From the NCBI GenBank assembly GCA_051362555.1, contig CM120646.1:15562001-15626000 (forward strand): DNA of 64,000 nt. The letters run 5' to 3'. The position numbers were made by a program, and so were the translations under genes. Positions within the stretch are counted from its first letter, which is position 1; each line of letters begins with the position of its first letter. The notes under the pieces were generated by a model. That model was not told where the DNA came from, made no database searches, and saw only the letters and a program-made list of their open reading frames with translations. This DNA is from Lingula anatina (taxonomy: Eukaryota; Animalia; Brachiopoda). Below are positions 1 to 13,295 of the stretch, one piece after another.

Positions 1-329
1 TAGTTGTTTCGTGCCTTTAGTGAACTAGTGAATTTTCCTAACCTGCTTTTCAGAAATACATCCCAATAAACTTCCTCGCAAGGTCAGCTAACACAAGGAT
101 GAATAAGTACAACTGTAAAGATGATAGTGGAAAGTCAACGATGTTGACAGTTCACGGTACCCTGTTATAGAAAGAGATAACTATAGCAGTTAAAGGTGAC
201 CGTGACTTCGTCTGTGTGTGTGTGTGTGTGTGTTTGCGTGCGCGCGCGTGTGTGTGCGACTAAAACAGTTGAAACCCTTAGCACCTAAAAGTTAAACAAA
301 TACACCCTACATTTATAAGCCGTCAAACG

Positions 330-461
330 CGTCATACTGCTAAACACAAGCGTGTAACATGTTAAGAAGCTAAGCATGTTAGGAGCTAAACGCGTGGAAA
401 ACGTGAGACAAAAAAAGGCGCTTAGAAATGTGTTTAGGAGCTAAACACTGTTTTTACAGTG
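330..461. repeat. Fragment of a repeat with internal (GAG)CTAAAC units ending in TTTTTACAGTG
   Basis: TTAGGAGCTAAAC occurs twice plus related units. Ends with the reverse complement of CACTGTAAAAA followed by TA, like the right end of a CAC-terminated DNA element. No left end seen. Confidence 0.35.
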
Positions 462-579
462 TAGTGTTCATTTTTCAACATACGCATTGTATTTTTACTT
501 TTCTTTACTTCGCCAAACTTTATACCTCTTAGAATTTCTTAAGTTCAAATTGGCATGAAAAGGACATTTATGCTGACGT

Positions 580-754
580 CCCTTTGCAAAACTAAACGTT
601 TGCAGCAACGAGAAAAAAAACGAAAATTAATGCTGCTGCTTTACAGCCATATTGCAGCAATTTGCTGCAAATTTGCAAGAATGAATTGCAATTTGCAGCA
701 GTATTGCAGCATATTAGCCGCAAATTTACAGCAGGCATGCTATTTTGCTAAGGG
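580..754. mobile_element. 175 bp MITE with CCC...GGG termini (CMC/EnSpm-like)
   Basis: CCCTTTGCAAAA (580-591) / TTTTGCTAAGGG (743-754) match 11/12 as inverted repeats. GT on both flanks (possible 2-bp TSD). Interior built from TTGCAGCA / TGCTGCAA repeats. Confidence 0.6.
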
Positions 755-2633
755 GTTTGTACAGTGAAAGAACGGCCAGTATTTTGGAAAGATAGGTACA
801 GTTACAATCTTACTTGGCTTGTATTGGCTAAGACCTCGATCTACCGACCACGCAGTGTACATGCAAAAGACAAAACAAAGAGATCATTATTGGTCAAATA
901 AGGGACAAAATGACGCAGGCTAAGTCGGGAAGAGAGTTTATTTTCGCTCCACCAAGCATAAAATACAATTAATATCGGCAATAGGTTTATAAATACCAAA
1001 GTGCAAGCCCTATGGATCACGACATTTTTCTTTGGTCGTTCTCGTCAGCAAAATCTAATACTGTCTTTTCACACCTTAATGACCTCATTAGGCTCCTATC
1101 ACGCTTCATAACAGGAAACTGCAATGTGTGGCCTTGGCGCTTTTTGTTCCACTATACAGATTTGGAACACAAGAAAAAAGATATACCAGGTTACTAGAAC
1201 ATATTTTTATATTGGAAAGACAGTTTAATAAAAGTCACGCCAATCTCTAAACTTAATTTTTTTAATATTATTATCCGTAATTTAAAGATATTTTCACTAA
1301 ATTTTACTTCTAGCACACTAAAGTTTAGCTTTTGTATTATTTCACAGGCCCACGATACAAAGTTCTCATTTCAAAATCTAATTCTAATATATTGTTTTAC
1401 TTTATCATTATTTATTATTAAAAGTAACACGCATCTAGTTATCAAAAGTTGAGACTAAACCTCGTTAATTTGGTGTTTGCTCTTAGGGGCCATAGACATA
1501 ATGCGGACGAAGATTAAGAGTCGTGCATGTGCCATACAGGCCACTACAAAATATACTATGTAGGTATTAGACATCTATTTATTTTTCATTTATGACAAAT
1601 ATTACGAAGGAACCAATGAAAAATCAAGAAAAAATGGTGGCTGTTGATGTCATTTATTTGAAAAAAAAAAGCAGTTAAACATTTAAAACAATTTAAAAAT
1701 GAACATGATAAATAAAACCCCAATGCTCCAAACACTTACCGTAACATTTTTGGCCAATTTGAAACGGCTGTCAAAATTAGGACTGTGGAATATGATAAAC
1801 ATTTCGTCTATCCTTATAGATCAATATGCTCGTGTTGTCTGCAATAATGCTACTTGCATTCAGAGTATGATTGCTATAGGTTAGAATGTTTTGTTTCAAT
1901 TGAGAAGAAGAGGAGTTTACTAAGTTTGTACGACTGTTTATCTCCAGACAATTACTTCATTGCCACCTAGTAAATTGCTGCATGCAACTTCAGTGTTGAT
2001 GTCTAAATTTGCAAAAAAAAATCTGCTCAAAATTATGACTGGAAGTGAACTAATGTCATATTTTAAGCCAATTTAGTGAGTGAATATTTTTACAGTAATT
2101 GGCAGCCATTTTGGATATTTCATGCAAGAGCTTTTTGGCACTTTTAACACGTTGATTAGGACAGCTGGAGAATGCCAAACTGCAAAGGGGTGAAATATTT
2201 TCAGTCGCAAATTAACAGAATACTTCTTGAGTTGACAGCAGCACGAACTAGTCAAGGTTCTTTCAACCAAAAGTTCAAGCTGTTATTAAATGATAATGCC
2301 AAATTGCTCCGCTTACTTCACCTTTGCTCTCGCCGAACAGCAATTGAAATAAGAAGATCAATACAGCAGTGAAGGCATAGAGGCGATATTAGCGAGATGA
2401 AAGAGGATGATACTGTTAATAATAAGTGTTTTGATCAAATGATCAGAGGAAAAATCAGTTTAAGTGCACCTTTGTATTGAGCCATGGCTGCATGACCGGT
2501 CTCACTGACCATGAGGGTCAAGCCAAAGATCTCTGACGTACGTTCAGTACCGATTGTTGAACTTGGTCTCTATGTGAGAGTAAAAAGTGTAAGAAGGGAA
2601 AGCATATCATACTTATGCTTTTTAATTGTTGGT

Positions 2634-2768
<135 letters not shown>

Positions 2769-3517
2769 GACATTTCCGTTTGAAAATTCGATAAGAAAAG
2801 CATTTTTCTCTTTCGTATCGTCGGAATGCTTCCCTATTTCAATTTTTTTCTCTTGTTTTCAATTTCTCATTCTTACCTCGGAGAAAGAGTGCTTTAAGGC
2901 AAGAATAGATTGCACGTGTTCGGATATAGCAGAAGCAATTGAAGAAAAAGGAGTGCTGTGAACTGGCCCATTGTGTTAGGTGAGCCAGCTGTGTTGCGCC
3001 AGCATTGTGTTAAACCATCACTACAGGGCGGGAAAGGGAGGCATAACAGCTAGCATATAAATACATAAAATTACAATTTATCACAAATTATGAACAAGCA
3101 TCAAAATAATTATACAAAATTGACGAACATAACTCTGCAAATTGGGTATATGGTGTAGTTTAAAAGATATGTCAGGTTATAACCTATTTCAAAATTTTGC
3201 TTTTTTATATTATTTTCTTCGCGGGCTTACTTCACTTGATTGATTTGACAGAAAATTTCCAGTGTGAAACACTTCTATGAATAGCTCTATGAATATTTCT
3301 TAACAGAAGTACGATAAAAGTATGGGCAAAGTAAAAATATCTATTAATCCGAGACAAAATTGATGGTTAGTGTACACGGGCCGGGATAAGTAGTCGAATA
3401 TTGTGTCTTTTTAAATGTATTTCCAATTTTTAACTTGGGCGAAATTAATGTCAAATCCACGGTGCGGGGGTTTTAACAGCATAATTAAACCTCAATTATA
3501 AACCTCTATTATTATTA

Positions 3518-4579
3518 GGCCACACTTTTTTATTTTTATGGATGACATCCTCTGGGGACCCCAAAATCGGTGCGAGCGGGCGAAAAAAAAAAAACAGTCC
3601 AAAAAAAAAAAAACCTGCTTAAGAAAACTTATGTTTTCAGTACACAGCTGGAAACACTAATTTACCACAGAAACACGTATCAAACTAACAACATGTCTTT
3701 AGCCATGTTCTCAAAATATTAAAGCATTGTGAATAGGGCCTACTTTGTAGAAAGGTAAAAAGTCATGAATATATATGCTGCATATTACCAAATCTATTTA
3801 AGGTTATTTCATGCATTCTATTGGTACAGCAATCAATAAAACAAATATAATAGCGTGTCTTTATTTGTACTGTCAGAAAATTAAAGCATTGAAAACACTT
3901 CACAGAATTGTTTAAAAAAATGAAGCAAAGATAGGCCTATGCTTCCTACTACCAAATCTAAAAAAGGTAATTTCGGTCGATGCCATTTTGTTTACTTCGA
4001 CTCACACGTAGCAGCCAACTATCGGGTGGCCTGTCCGACCTCCAGTCCACCAAATACCACGACGCTCTTGTCGACCCTTTTTTCGCTACAAAAAAACCTG
4101 GTATGTGCTGCTTTGGACAGAATGTCACTGAAATTTTCCGGGCGATGATCGCTGACCGCGGCCAGCCTTTCGTATAATTGTAAAAGGGTGATATCTCCAT
4201 GACAATATCAATGGCAAACCAATCCAAAACGACGGCCCCGTTCTCTTTATGACTTTAATTGTCGTGCATTTTGAAATTAATGCTAGAGATAAATTTGACG
4301 GCAAAGCTGCCATATTTCCACGTGGTGATAATACGCATGCGCAGAAAGCTCATTTTCCGCACTCGGAACTACTCGGATGTCTCCGCATTTGACAATGACA
4401 GTATGGATCTTGCGGAATAAGCCGAGGATTGCCGATTGCATTTTCCGGCAAATTCAATAAAGACGTTTGCGACAACCGACTTCCTTGGGGGGGGGGATTT
4501 TTTTTTTTTTTTTTTGGGAGAACGGATGAAAATCGGTGCGCGCGCAGGATGTCATCCATAAAATTAAAAAAGTGTGGCC
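3518..4579. mobile_element. 1.06 kb MITE / non-autonomous TIR element (PIF/Harbinger-like if the TSD is TTA)
   Basis: GGCCACACTTTTTTATTTTTATGGATGACATCCT (3518-3551) and AGGATGTCATCCATAAAATTAAAAAAGTGTGGCC (4546-4579) are inverted repeats with one mismatch. TTA on both flanks, inside a split (TAT)n run. Direct repeat AAAATCGGTGCG lies just inside each TIR. Confidence 0.9.
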
Positions 4580-5452
4580 TTATTATTATTAAAACAACAA
4601 GATGCATCTTTTTTCCTGGGTTCAGTTGTGAATTACTGCAAGTTATCAAACCGATTACCAATGCATCTTTCCATTTGAAAAAAAAAGGTGCAAAAAGTAT
4701 TTGCTCAAAATAAAGGTGTGTCAGACGCGGTCGTCTACCATTTTATCCATTTTGTCTTGCCTTTCTCTACTTTTTAGAGGACCGAACGGCCTTATCCTCA
4801 TTCTCTTTCGACGAAGGGTTACAACCCACTTGAATGTATATAAGTTAATTTTTTATTAAGAAATAAGATAGATAAATAAAGTTTAGAGATCATATATTGA
4901 CATGCATATACTTTTATGATCTCAAAATTGTTCATATAATAACAGTATATCAGAAATAAACTTATGTATGTCTGTGTACAGTAGGAACTTTATATTGATC
5001 GTCTATTCGTAAGTTTGAGTTTGTTGCACCTAACCATTCCTTGTGCTTACTGACCGTGTTTTCATCCACACACATTGTGACTTTGCGCGTGGGTTTGTGC
5101 AGCTTTGAATTTAATGTAAATTTTGTATAAAAGCAACATCCTACTAAGCAATATTGTCAATCAGAAAAAAAACTCAATCAATTAACTGGCTGATTAAACA
5201 AAATAGTATGAACGTTCTTAAGGTCGGTGGAATACGTAAAAATAAAAAGCACATTTTAATGGTTTATTATTTCATTATTTTTATGTGATATGCAGAAAAA
5301 TATTTCAAATGTGTGACAATTGCAAAATATTTAAAAATCCGAGGTAATCTATGAAGGATCTTCACGGCAATGCTATACATTGCGTATTGAAAGTAAAAGG
5401 CTAGCTTTGTTTTTAATAAATAAATATAAAAAACATCATAAATAAACAACAC

Positions 5453-5501
<49 letters not shown>
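5453..5501. repeat. (TAA)n microsatellite
   Basis: Direct reading. Confidence 0.97.
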
Positions 5502-5502
<1 letters not shown>

Positions 5503-6381
5503 TGGTTATTAATGGAACTAGTTTTGATCAAACTCCATTAACCTTTATGAAGATATTTCTACTAGATTTGAAATAACGATAAAAATAATGACGAAAATGA
5601 CAATTTCTAGACATGAAAACTGGTTTGTGACACGGAAACAGGTATATAAATGACTGCCGAAATGCTTGTGTCAGTGTGCACTATTACAGACACACTCTGG
5701 CAGTGATATCCAAGATGTCCCTTTCATCGTATGATTCACTGCACCATTTCTACTGGCCCGCGCCATTTCCGCACCACAGAGCATTCTTCTGTAGCATACT
5801 TCCTTTTGGTGTTCAGAATCGCTCCAAGTCATTAACTAAGTGTCAGCAATGTTTTGTGGTCTTTGGAGCTTCCCTCTTTTTTTCTTTTTGTCATGAGAGA
5901 TGCGCATGGAGTGTTTTTGTGATCGCTCTGACAAGAACATGACTAGAAAACGAAAGGCGGTGGTGTCTTGTTGCCGTTAAGAAATTTATGATACAAGGAG
6001 ATCGAGATCAATTGCAGTGGCAAGGGTGACAAAAAGTTTGGTAACATCTTTTTTATTTATTTGAAGGAAGGCAAGAAATGTAAATGCTTTTTGGAATACA
6101 ACCTTACTTCTGTACCTTGTAATTTACTTGTATCAGGTAGAGAATGTGAGAAAACTTAAAGATAACAATAAATTTGCGAAGCCTAAGGTGAAAAAGGGTT
6201 TTAAGAGATATTTCATAATGAATAACCTCCAAAGTTTTGTATAGATATTGTTCCTAATTGTTTAATAGAATTGATAATCACATAACATTGTTTTATAACT
6301 AGAAGTGTAATATTGACTTGCATATAAGTTTTTTTAAATAATTTACAAATTTCAATCTCAGGCTGGAATTGTAACAATAGA

Positions 6382-6430
<49 letters not shown>
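6382..6430. repeat. (ATT)n microsatellite
   Basis: Direct reading. Confidence 0.97.
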
Positions 6431-6431
<1 letters not shown>

Positions 6432-8410
6432 ACTATATATAATGTAAATTATCCTTTAAGGTACATATATCTTGCAAACAAAGCCATAACAATTATCGAA
6501 GGAAAACCTTTAGGTAAGTAATAGATAAAAAAATTTAATAACATGCATAAAAAATATTTAAAAAAAAAACAAAGCACGTCGTTATATGAAAAAAAGCACA
6601 CAAAGGCGTCTTTTTTCTCTTTTTTATCAGTTTGACTGTATTTGAAACCTTTTGCGCAATTGTTTTTCTTTTATCATCCAATTGAAGTTGAAATTTTTGA
6701 TTGTTAATATTTGGACATTGAAAATACCCCATTATTCCCCCCCCCCCCCCAAAAAAAAAAAAAAAAAAAAAAAAAACACGGTGCTCTTTTACTATTATTT
6801 ATTTTTTAACAATAGTAATCCACACCAAAACACACCAGCACGGAGGTCTGCATTTTAACGGAATATTTTCATACCTATTAGAACACTTTTTGTTCGCCCT
6901 GTATCTTGTTATTAACACCTTTTCTATCTATTCTCCTGGTTAGGGTAGAGTTACTCCGCCGCCATTTGGGACTTCTCTCCGCATTGTTTCGCTGGCAACT
7001 GAGCCCGAGGGAAGCTGTCATCACTGGAAAAGAGTTCGCCCACCATGGCCGCTACGCCCGGTAGCAGAGACACCTTGATACAAAAGGCCCTCATATCGGG
7101 TTTCCCCCGACCCACACCTCTCTTTAGTATGGCTCGAGGCTACGAGAGCTTCGGCCCGCTAAGCCTGATTTTTCGATTCAAACGACACAAAGATGTAAAC
7201 TATCAGATTTCATTTTAAACATCTCACCGCCATTTGGATTTCAAAGCCAAGACGCGTATGTCTTCATTTGGGGCTTCGGGCAATGTTTTTTATTCTGTCT
7301 TTTTTTCTCGATCTTTGTTTTCATTGAATGGGTAGTCTTTTGTCTTTTTTTATTTTATTTTCACTGCTAGTGCTGATACCAAAAAGTCAAAAACAGCTAA
7401 GGTGAGATTTGCAGAAAGAGGGGGAGAGAGGGTTTTATTCCATTTTGAATTTTTCACGAGGAATATGTTTGATAACTAGCAATTTTCAACATATATATAT
7501 ATATTACATTACCAGTTCTGAAAAAATCCTCCATTCTCATATCAACAAAAATCACAACAAGACATATTTATGATAATCATTAAATGCTTTCTATGGAAAT
7601 TGCGATCTGTCTTCTTTTTTTAATTTTTTTAATTTTATTTTCATTTGAGGGGGGGGTGTGTATGTAAAGGCAGAGAAATCGTTATAGAATTATATAGATC
7701 TTATATGGTTGGTATTACTAAAAATTACTCCAAAATGCATCTTTTTCACTGGTAACCAGAAATCTAGCCGGTGAAATGACAACGTTAAGATGCGAATTGT
7801 GCAAAAAAAAACCTATGAAAACGAAAGACGAAATGTACAGCGATGAACCTGGGGCTCATTCCATCGCTTATATTTTGTCATTTCAAATTCGAAAAAGTTT
7901 TTATTAGCGTTATCTGTATGCTTGTGTTATATAACCATCGATGTACAATTACTGTATCAACACACTGACTACACTATGTTGCTGTGGAAAAAGCCACTTT
8001 CTCACGATCCAGCGTCTGTCTGCGTCTCAAGGAGCAGAGTCCCTATTGCGCCAACTCCTGCCAACCCCGGGGGTCGGGCAGAATCGATTACAACTAGAGC
8101 GATCCACGAACGGCGGGCCGCTAGCCGCTAGTCGCCTGATGGTAAGAACCAGCTCACACAGTTTCATTAACACTTGAAGCTTCCACTTGACGCCTGCCCG
8201 CATGGTAGAGAGGGTGCTTCATCACGAGACAGACTGCCTGATATTTCTAATACCCAATAAAGTCCAATTAAATCATACTTAATAGAGCGATTCTGCTGTT
8301 TTATATCAATAAATTTCACATAGCTATTTTATCACAGAGGTAATGTGGAATTCTGACTGTTTTTCTCGTCAATGCAGGGACATTTATGACCTTGTATCCT
8401 AGTTTTTTTT

Positions 8411-10932
8411 CGGCTATTTCACAATCAGACGTACACTTTCAAAATTGAGCATGTTACATTGCCTCTAAGTATTATCAAAACCAATCTAGTGCCCACCCTT
8501 AGTCCAATCTCGAAGATGGCACTTAGTCGGAGCAATTAAAAATTTTTTTTGAAAATCGGACATAGATTGGCAAAAATATACTTATTTGAATCCCCTAAAT
8601 ACAGCTGTTTTTAGTTGTTACGAAGGGTCACTGGAGTTGTGTAATAATTTCAGGTAGTGGATATGTAATTTGGTATTGTAATTCATTGCATTTAGTTTGA
8701 CTAAAGATATCAGTTGTGAGGTATAATGTTGTCTGAAAATCAGTTGGGCATAATATAGTGTAACATATGAGACAAAAGCCATTGAATGTTAAAAGGGAGC
8801 TCTGTTACGGATTTTTCTGTTTTTAACATAGTTGATTTCAAGGAGCCCCTGAAAGGAAATATTATGCTTGACAATAACTTTTCTTCAGTAAAATGTGTTT
8901 TTAAAGGTATTTCAATACATTAAAAAAATTACTGTGTCCAAATCCATGTTTAGTTGAAAATTCCAACAATCCAAAATTGAAATCACATCTTAACACAAAA
9001 TTTTGTAGCGTCCGTCCCCCCTGTAGCAAAAGGATAGCAGTTAATCTTTTTTTAAAGCCACACTCAGGCACTTATGCATTTCACTACCCATGATAAAATA
9101 ATATACCTAAAAGGCCAGTAGTAAGACACACTGTGGATATACCATTTGATTAGTGGTCAAATGTAGCGTCCGTCCCCACCTGTAGCGCCTGTCCCCAATT
9201 TGTATTTTTCGCTTTATTAAGGATACACATGCTGAAATGCATTTTAATTAAGTATATTTTGTAAATACTCATTATAATCTATCTAATGTAGGCCAAGGTT
9301 GTCACTGACGCTTTGGTGCATTACTTGTAATGAATAAATGGATACATTTAAAACAATGTTATAATATGAAACAATGTTGTTGTTTTTGCTGCTGTGAAAC
9401 AACACTTGTGTACTTTTAAATTGCTACATGTATGAGACGAAGTGACATCACTTGGTTATAGTTTGGACTAAAAAGCCACAGTATATTTTATCCAAGGTAA
9501 TAGGTTGTAATTTGTGCATTTGAGCTTGGAACAATGATGGAGCAACATTTATGTTTTTATTGTTGGTGGGGATGGGTAAACTTAGTCAAAGTAGAAAAAG
9601 AAATGCCATGGAAATGGAAGGCATAAGTGAAAGTGCTTTGAAAAAAAAAAAGAAAACAACGAGAAGAACTCAAGAAAGATCCAGAACGTTTGAAAACTGC
9701 CAGAGAGAAGGACAGACTTAGAAAGGAAAAAGAAAGAGAAAAGAAGAGACTTTACTTAATGAATCACCCAATATAAGCAAAAGCTGAAAGAGGAAAGGAA
9801 ACTAATAGAATGAGAAAATATAGAGAGAAAATCTGAGAACAAACAAAGATCAGTGCTTTATCAGAAGCAGCTAAAGCAAGAGAGAGAAGAGAAAGAAACA
9901 GCCCAAAGAGAAAGAAACAGAAAGATGAAACTCAGTGAAGAAGCTAAAAAGAAAGAGGTCTTGAGGGGTAAAGCATGGAGACTAAGGGTTCAGTTACAAG
10001 ATAAAACACCACAAGGTAAAGACTCAAGCCCGTTTTCATCTTCCTCCACCTTGAAACAAGCAAAGAATGCCCTTCCGAGGTCACCGAGAAGAAAAGCTAA
10101 AATTGTAGAAAGGCTAATAAGATCTCCTAGAGTAAACAGCATATTAGAACAGAAAGGAATTATAGCAAGCAAGGAAACAAGCAGAAAGTTGGAGATGGGG
10201 GAGACCCTTATTCAAAGTATGTCAGAGAATTTGTAACACTGTCAGAAAATATATCTGGATACACTCCTGTTATTGATTTGTAAATGTGTTGTTGAACTGT
10301 TTGTATTCATTTTAATACAGTTAATGTTTTGGAATGGGGATATAAAAAGACATGTTTTGGTGTAGCGTCCGTCCCTCAGTGTATTACATACCAAGTCATG
10401 AAATTTTGGCACTCTTAACATGTTTTAGGTATTTTATTATGTGTCATTCTTATGGTCAGGGCTTTGTCATATCAAAATAAGAGATTTCAAATCATTGATG
10501 GAATCCCCTGATTTGATCTTAATCACACAACATTTTATTTTTATTTGCAAAAGAAATGAGGCCATGCATCATGCAACCGTACATTTTGGAAAAAAAATAG
10601 CTCACAGTTGATTGAAATTTTGAGGTTTTCATTGCAAGTACAATTCATGTGTATAAAATTATGCTTATTAAAATAATTATTTTCCAACTATTATGTTTTA
10701 TTCATCACGTGAATGTAATTGACTTGTAAAAATGTAGCGTCCGTCCCCAGTGTGAGACCATCCAGTCATTTTAGTGTCAAACAAAAACAAAGAGAAACGG
10801 TGCAAAAACATTTGAAGGGATTATGCCCAAGATCTATACTAATGTCCTACTGATATTCAAACCTCTGTTTGGTGAAGTTCATATTTGGTCGAAAATGGAC
10901 CATAAAGTGTACATCTGATTGTGAAATAGCCG
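8411..10932 (+). mobile_element. 2.5 kb non-autonomous DNA transposon with 29-bp TIRs (possibly Sola-like)
   Basis: Left CGGCTATTTCACAATCAGACGTACACTTT (8411-8439) and right AAAGTGTACATCTGATTGTGAAATAGCCG (10904-10932) are reverse complements at 28/29. Flanked by T-rich sequence (TTTT / TTTA). Contains a decayed ORF and five copies of a 16-mer. Superfamily is inferred, not verified. Confidence 0.9.
9608..10236 (+). pseudogene. Disrupted N-terminal fragment of a putative transposase inside the 2.5 kb TIR element
   Basis: Lys/Arg/Glu-rich reading (KQREELKKDPERLKTAREKDRLRKEKEREKKR...) broken by stops and frameshifts, continuing as KQAKNALPRSPRRKAKIVERLIRSPRV. No DDE/DDD core follows, suggesting an internal deletion. 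Confidence 0.65.
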
Positions 10933-11116
10933 TTTAGCTTTTGAAGTACACTTCTTACAACTGTGAGGTGCATATTGGTTGGTAAGAACTTTTAATACAT
11001 AATCAATATCATTAGTAAATTCTTCAAGTCACAAATAGAAGTTAAATTAACAAATAACAAAGAACATAAAATATTTCAGCCTAACACGCACAGACGCACA
11101 AACAAGCTCGCGCGCA

Positions 11117-11158
<42 letters not shown>

Positions 11159-11623
11159 AACAAGTAAATAAGCATCTCTCGTGATATCTTGGCCTTTTAC
11201 GTTAATTCCTTAAATGAATTAAAATCAATCGTGTGATAATTTTGTACATTACTTCTCAATTGTTTGCCGTCAAATATAAAACATACAAGTAATATTGCAT
11301 TCAAAATTGTGAAATTCATAGTGTCATTCGACTTCATACCAGCAGCCGCTATGAATATCAACAAAAGCTAATATCCTGCTCGAATCCGTTCCCTTTTACT
11401 TAACTAGTCCTCTGTAATTACAAAAGCACCGTGAACCTAGTTCGCTCGCCTAAGTGTGATGGAAAATCCATTTGTTAACACATCTTGACAGGACGTGACA
11501 GTATGAGGATCGGCTGCACGTGCTATGGACATTAACACCGAGAGACGAACGTGAGAAATTTGCCGGACGAGTAGATATTTTGAAAATGGTTGTCTTAAAA
11601 AAGTATGTCGATAGCTTTTTCTA

Positions 11624-11731
11624 TGTGTGTGTGTGTGCGTGCAGGCGTGCGTGCGTGCGTGCGTTCGTTCGTGCGTGTGTGTGTGTGGGTGCGTGCGTGT
11701 GCGTGTGTGTATGCGTGTGCGTGCGTGCGTG
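11624..11731. repeat. Imperfect (GT)n/(GTGC)n alternating purine-pyrimidine repeat
   Basis: Direct reading. Confidence 0.95.
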
Positions 11732-12165
11732 TTAAATTACGGAATAGATTCTGTGCTTTTTCGGACGAAGTGATTTGTTTCATAGCCTTGCCAATTAGCA
11801 ACAACCTATAATTGATTACTTTCTCTCAATAAATAGCACTTGTCAAGTTTACCAGAAAATGATGGTAAAAAAGAAGAAAGAGAAGCATTACGTAAAACAT
11901 GATACACATTAAAACATTCAAGAATCTAAAAAAATAGGTCCATTCGCAAAGAGACTATATTTTAGGGTTGACAGGTCAGGGCAGAATTAGTTGTACCACT
12001 GCAGTGACTTTTCTGATCTTTTGTTGAAGGGCCTATCCGGCAGTCGGTAGTCCTTCGTATAATAAATGCCCTATTAGGACGATGAGCTGGGGTCATCATT
12101 ATTTGTTTTAACTTTTTTTATATCAAATGCCTATATTGGGTGTTCAGTGGATTACAAATTGATTA

Positions 12166-12166
<1 letters not shown>

Positions 12167-12229
<63 letters not shown>
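12167..12229. repeat. Compound microsatellite (GT)n(GA)n
   Basis: Direct reading. Confidence 0.97.
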
Positions 12230-12232
<3 letters not shown>

Positions 12233-13241
12233 TGTTGACTCTAGATGTCTAACCGGATTGCATGCTGGCTGGCAACATAACATCTTGTTCCACCGCTACA
12301 AGTTATAACAACGCGATAATTGCAGGTTCAATTTTCAAGGCAATTTTATTTTCTAACCACAGAAGTCGGATGAGCAGGTAAAATTTAACAACGTTTAAAC
12401 AGAACAATCAAACCAATACTAAACTCGATGATTGCAGACTGATGTAGCTAATACCCCTCTCAAAAATGAAAAAAAAAAAAAAAAACGTTCACGACCCCTT
12501 TAAAATGCATGGTGTGTCGTCACAAGCCTCTCTCTCCCCTTAAAAAAGAAAAAAAAACACTACATCCCACAGAATCGCGTTTTCAGCTACTTTAACAAAG
12601 AAAAGAAATTGGGAACGGTGGTTTTTACAACAATCTAAAACAGCAGACTACACTGTAGATTTACAGTGGTATACCAAGTTTCATCTCCCCACAATGCGTG
12701 TCTGTTTTTTATTGACACCAAAATAAAATTATGCTGTATGTATATTCATCTATTCTTCCAAGTGGTTAATCCCTATATTCTTGGGGACTGGCGGTCAGCC
12801 CGGAAGTTGCTGGCCTGGTCAAATTCCCAAAACTGATTACCCAATGGCGCTCTTGGTTTACCGCTCATCATTACAAATCAATTACAACACCCAAGTAATT
12901 TTCATGTCGTCTTTCCTTTTGTTCCCCAAATCGCCTCTTACGTCCGCCTTTCCAGCTCGCGTTCATGGACAATCTCGGCAGACGACAATTTTCTCTAATT
13001 TGGCGCTAAACCATCGCGGGTCTGTGGCAATTTTCGGTTTTGTTTATAAGAATAGCACTGGGAATAATTCAGGGAATTAACGAGCTGCCAACGATCATGG
13101 AGCCTATATCACGAATCCTTCGAAAGCAGACGTCTTTTACTTAATGGGGTATTTTGGTTAATCTCAGTTTTAAATACATAGGTAAATTTTGCAAACGATA
13201 CTGCAATGACCATCGATAGCTAATAATGGTTTCTTGAAACC

Positions 13242-13242
<1 letters not shown>

Positions 13243-13292
<50 letters not shown>
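13243..13292. repeat. (TC)n microsatellite
   Basis: Direct reading. Confidence 0.97.

Positions 13293-13295
<3 letters not shown>

Noticed and set aside
5453-6430. Opposed (TAA)n and (ATT)n tracts of equal length as possible element ends
   Set aside because: The sequences inside the tracts are not inverted repeats, and such tracts are common in the window.
9004-10748. Repeated 16-mers as a CRISPR-like array
   Set aside because: Eukaryotic DNA, spacing highly irregular (19 bp to over 1 kb between starts), no cas genes, and the repeats lie inside a TIR element.
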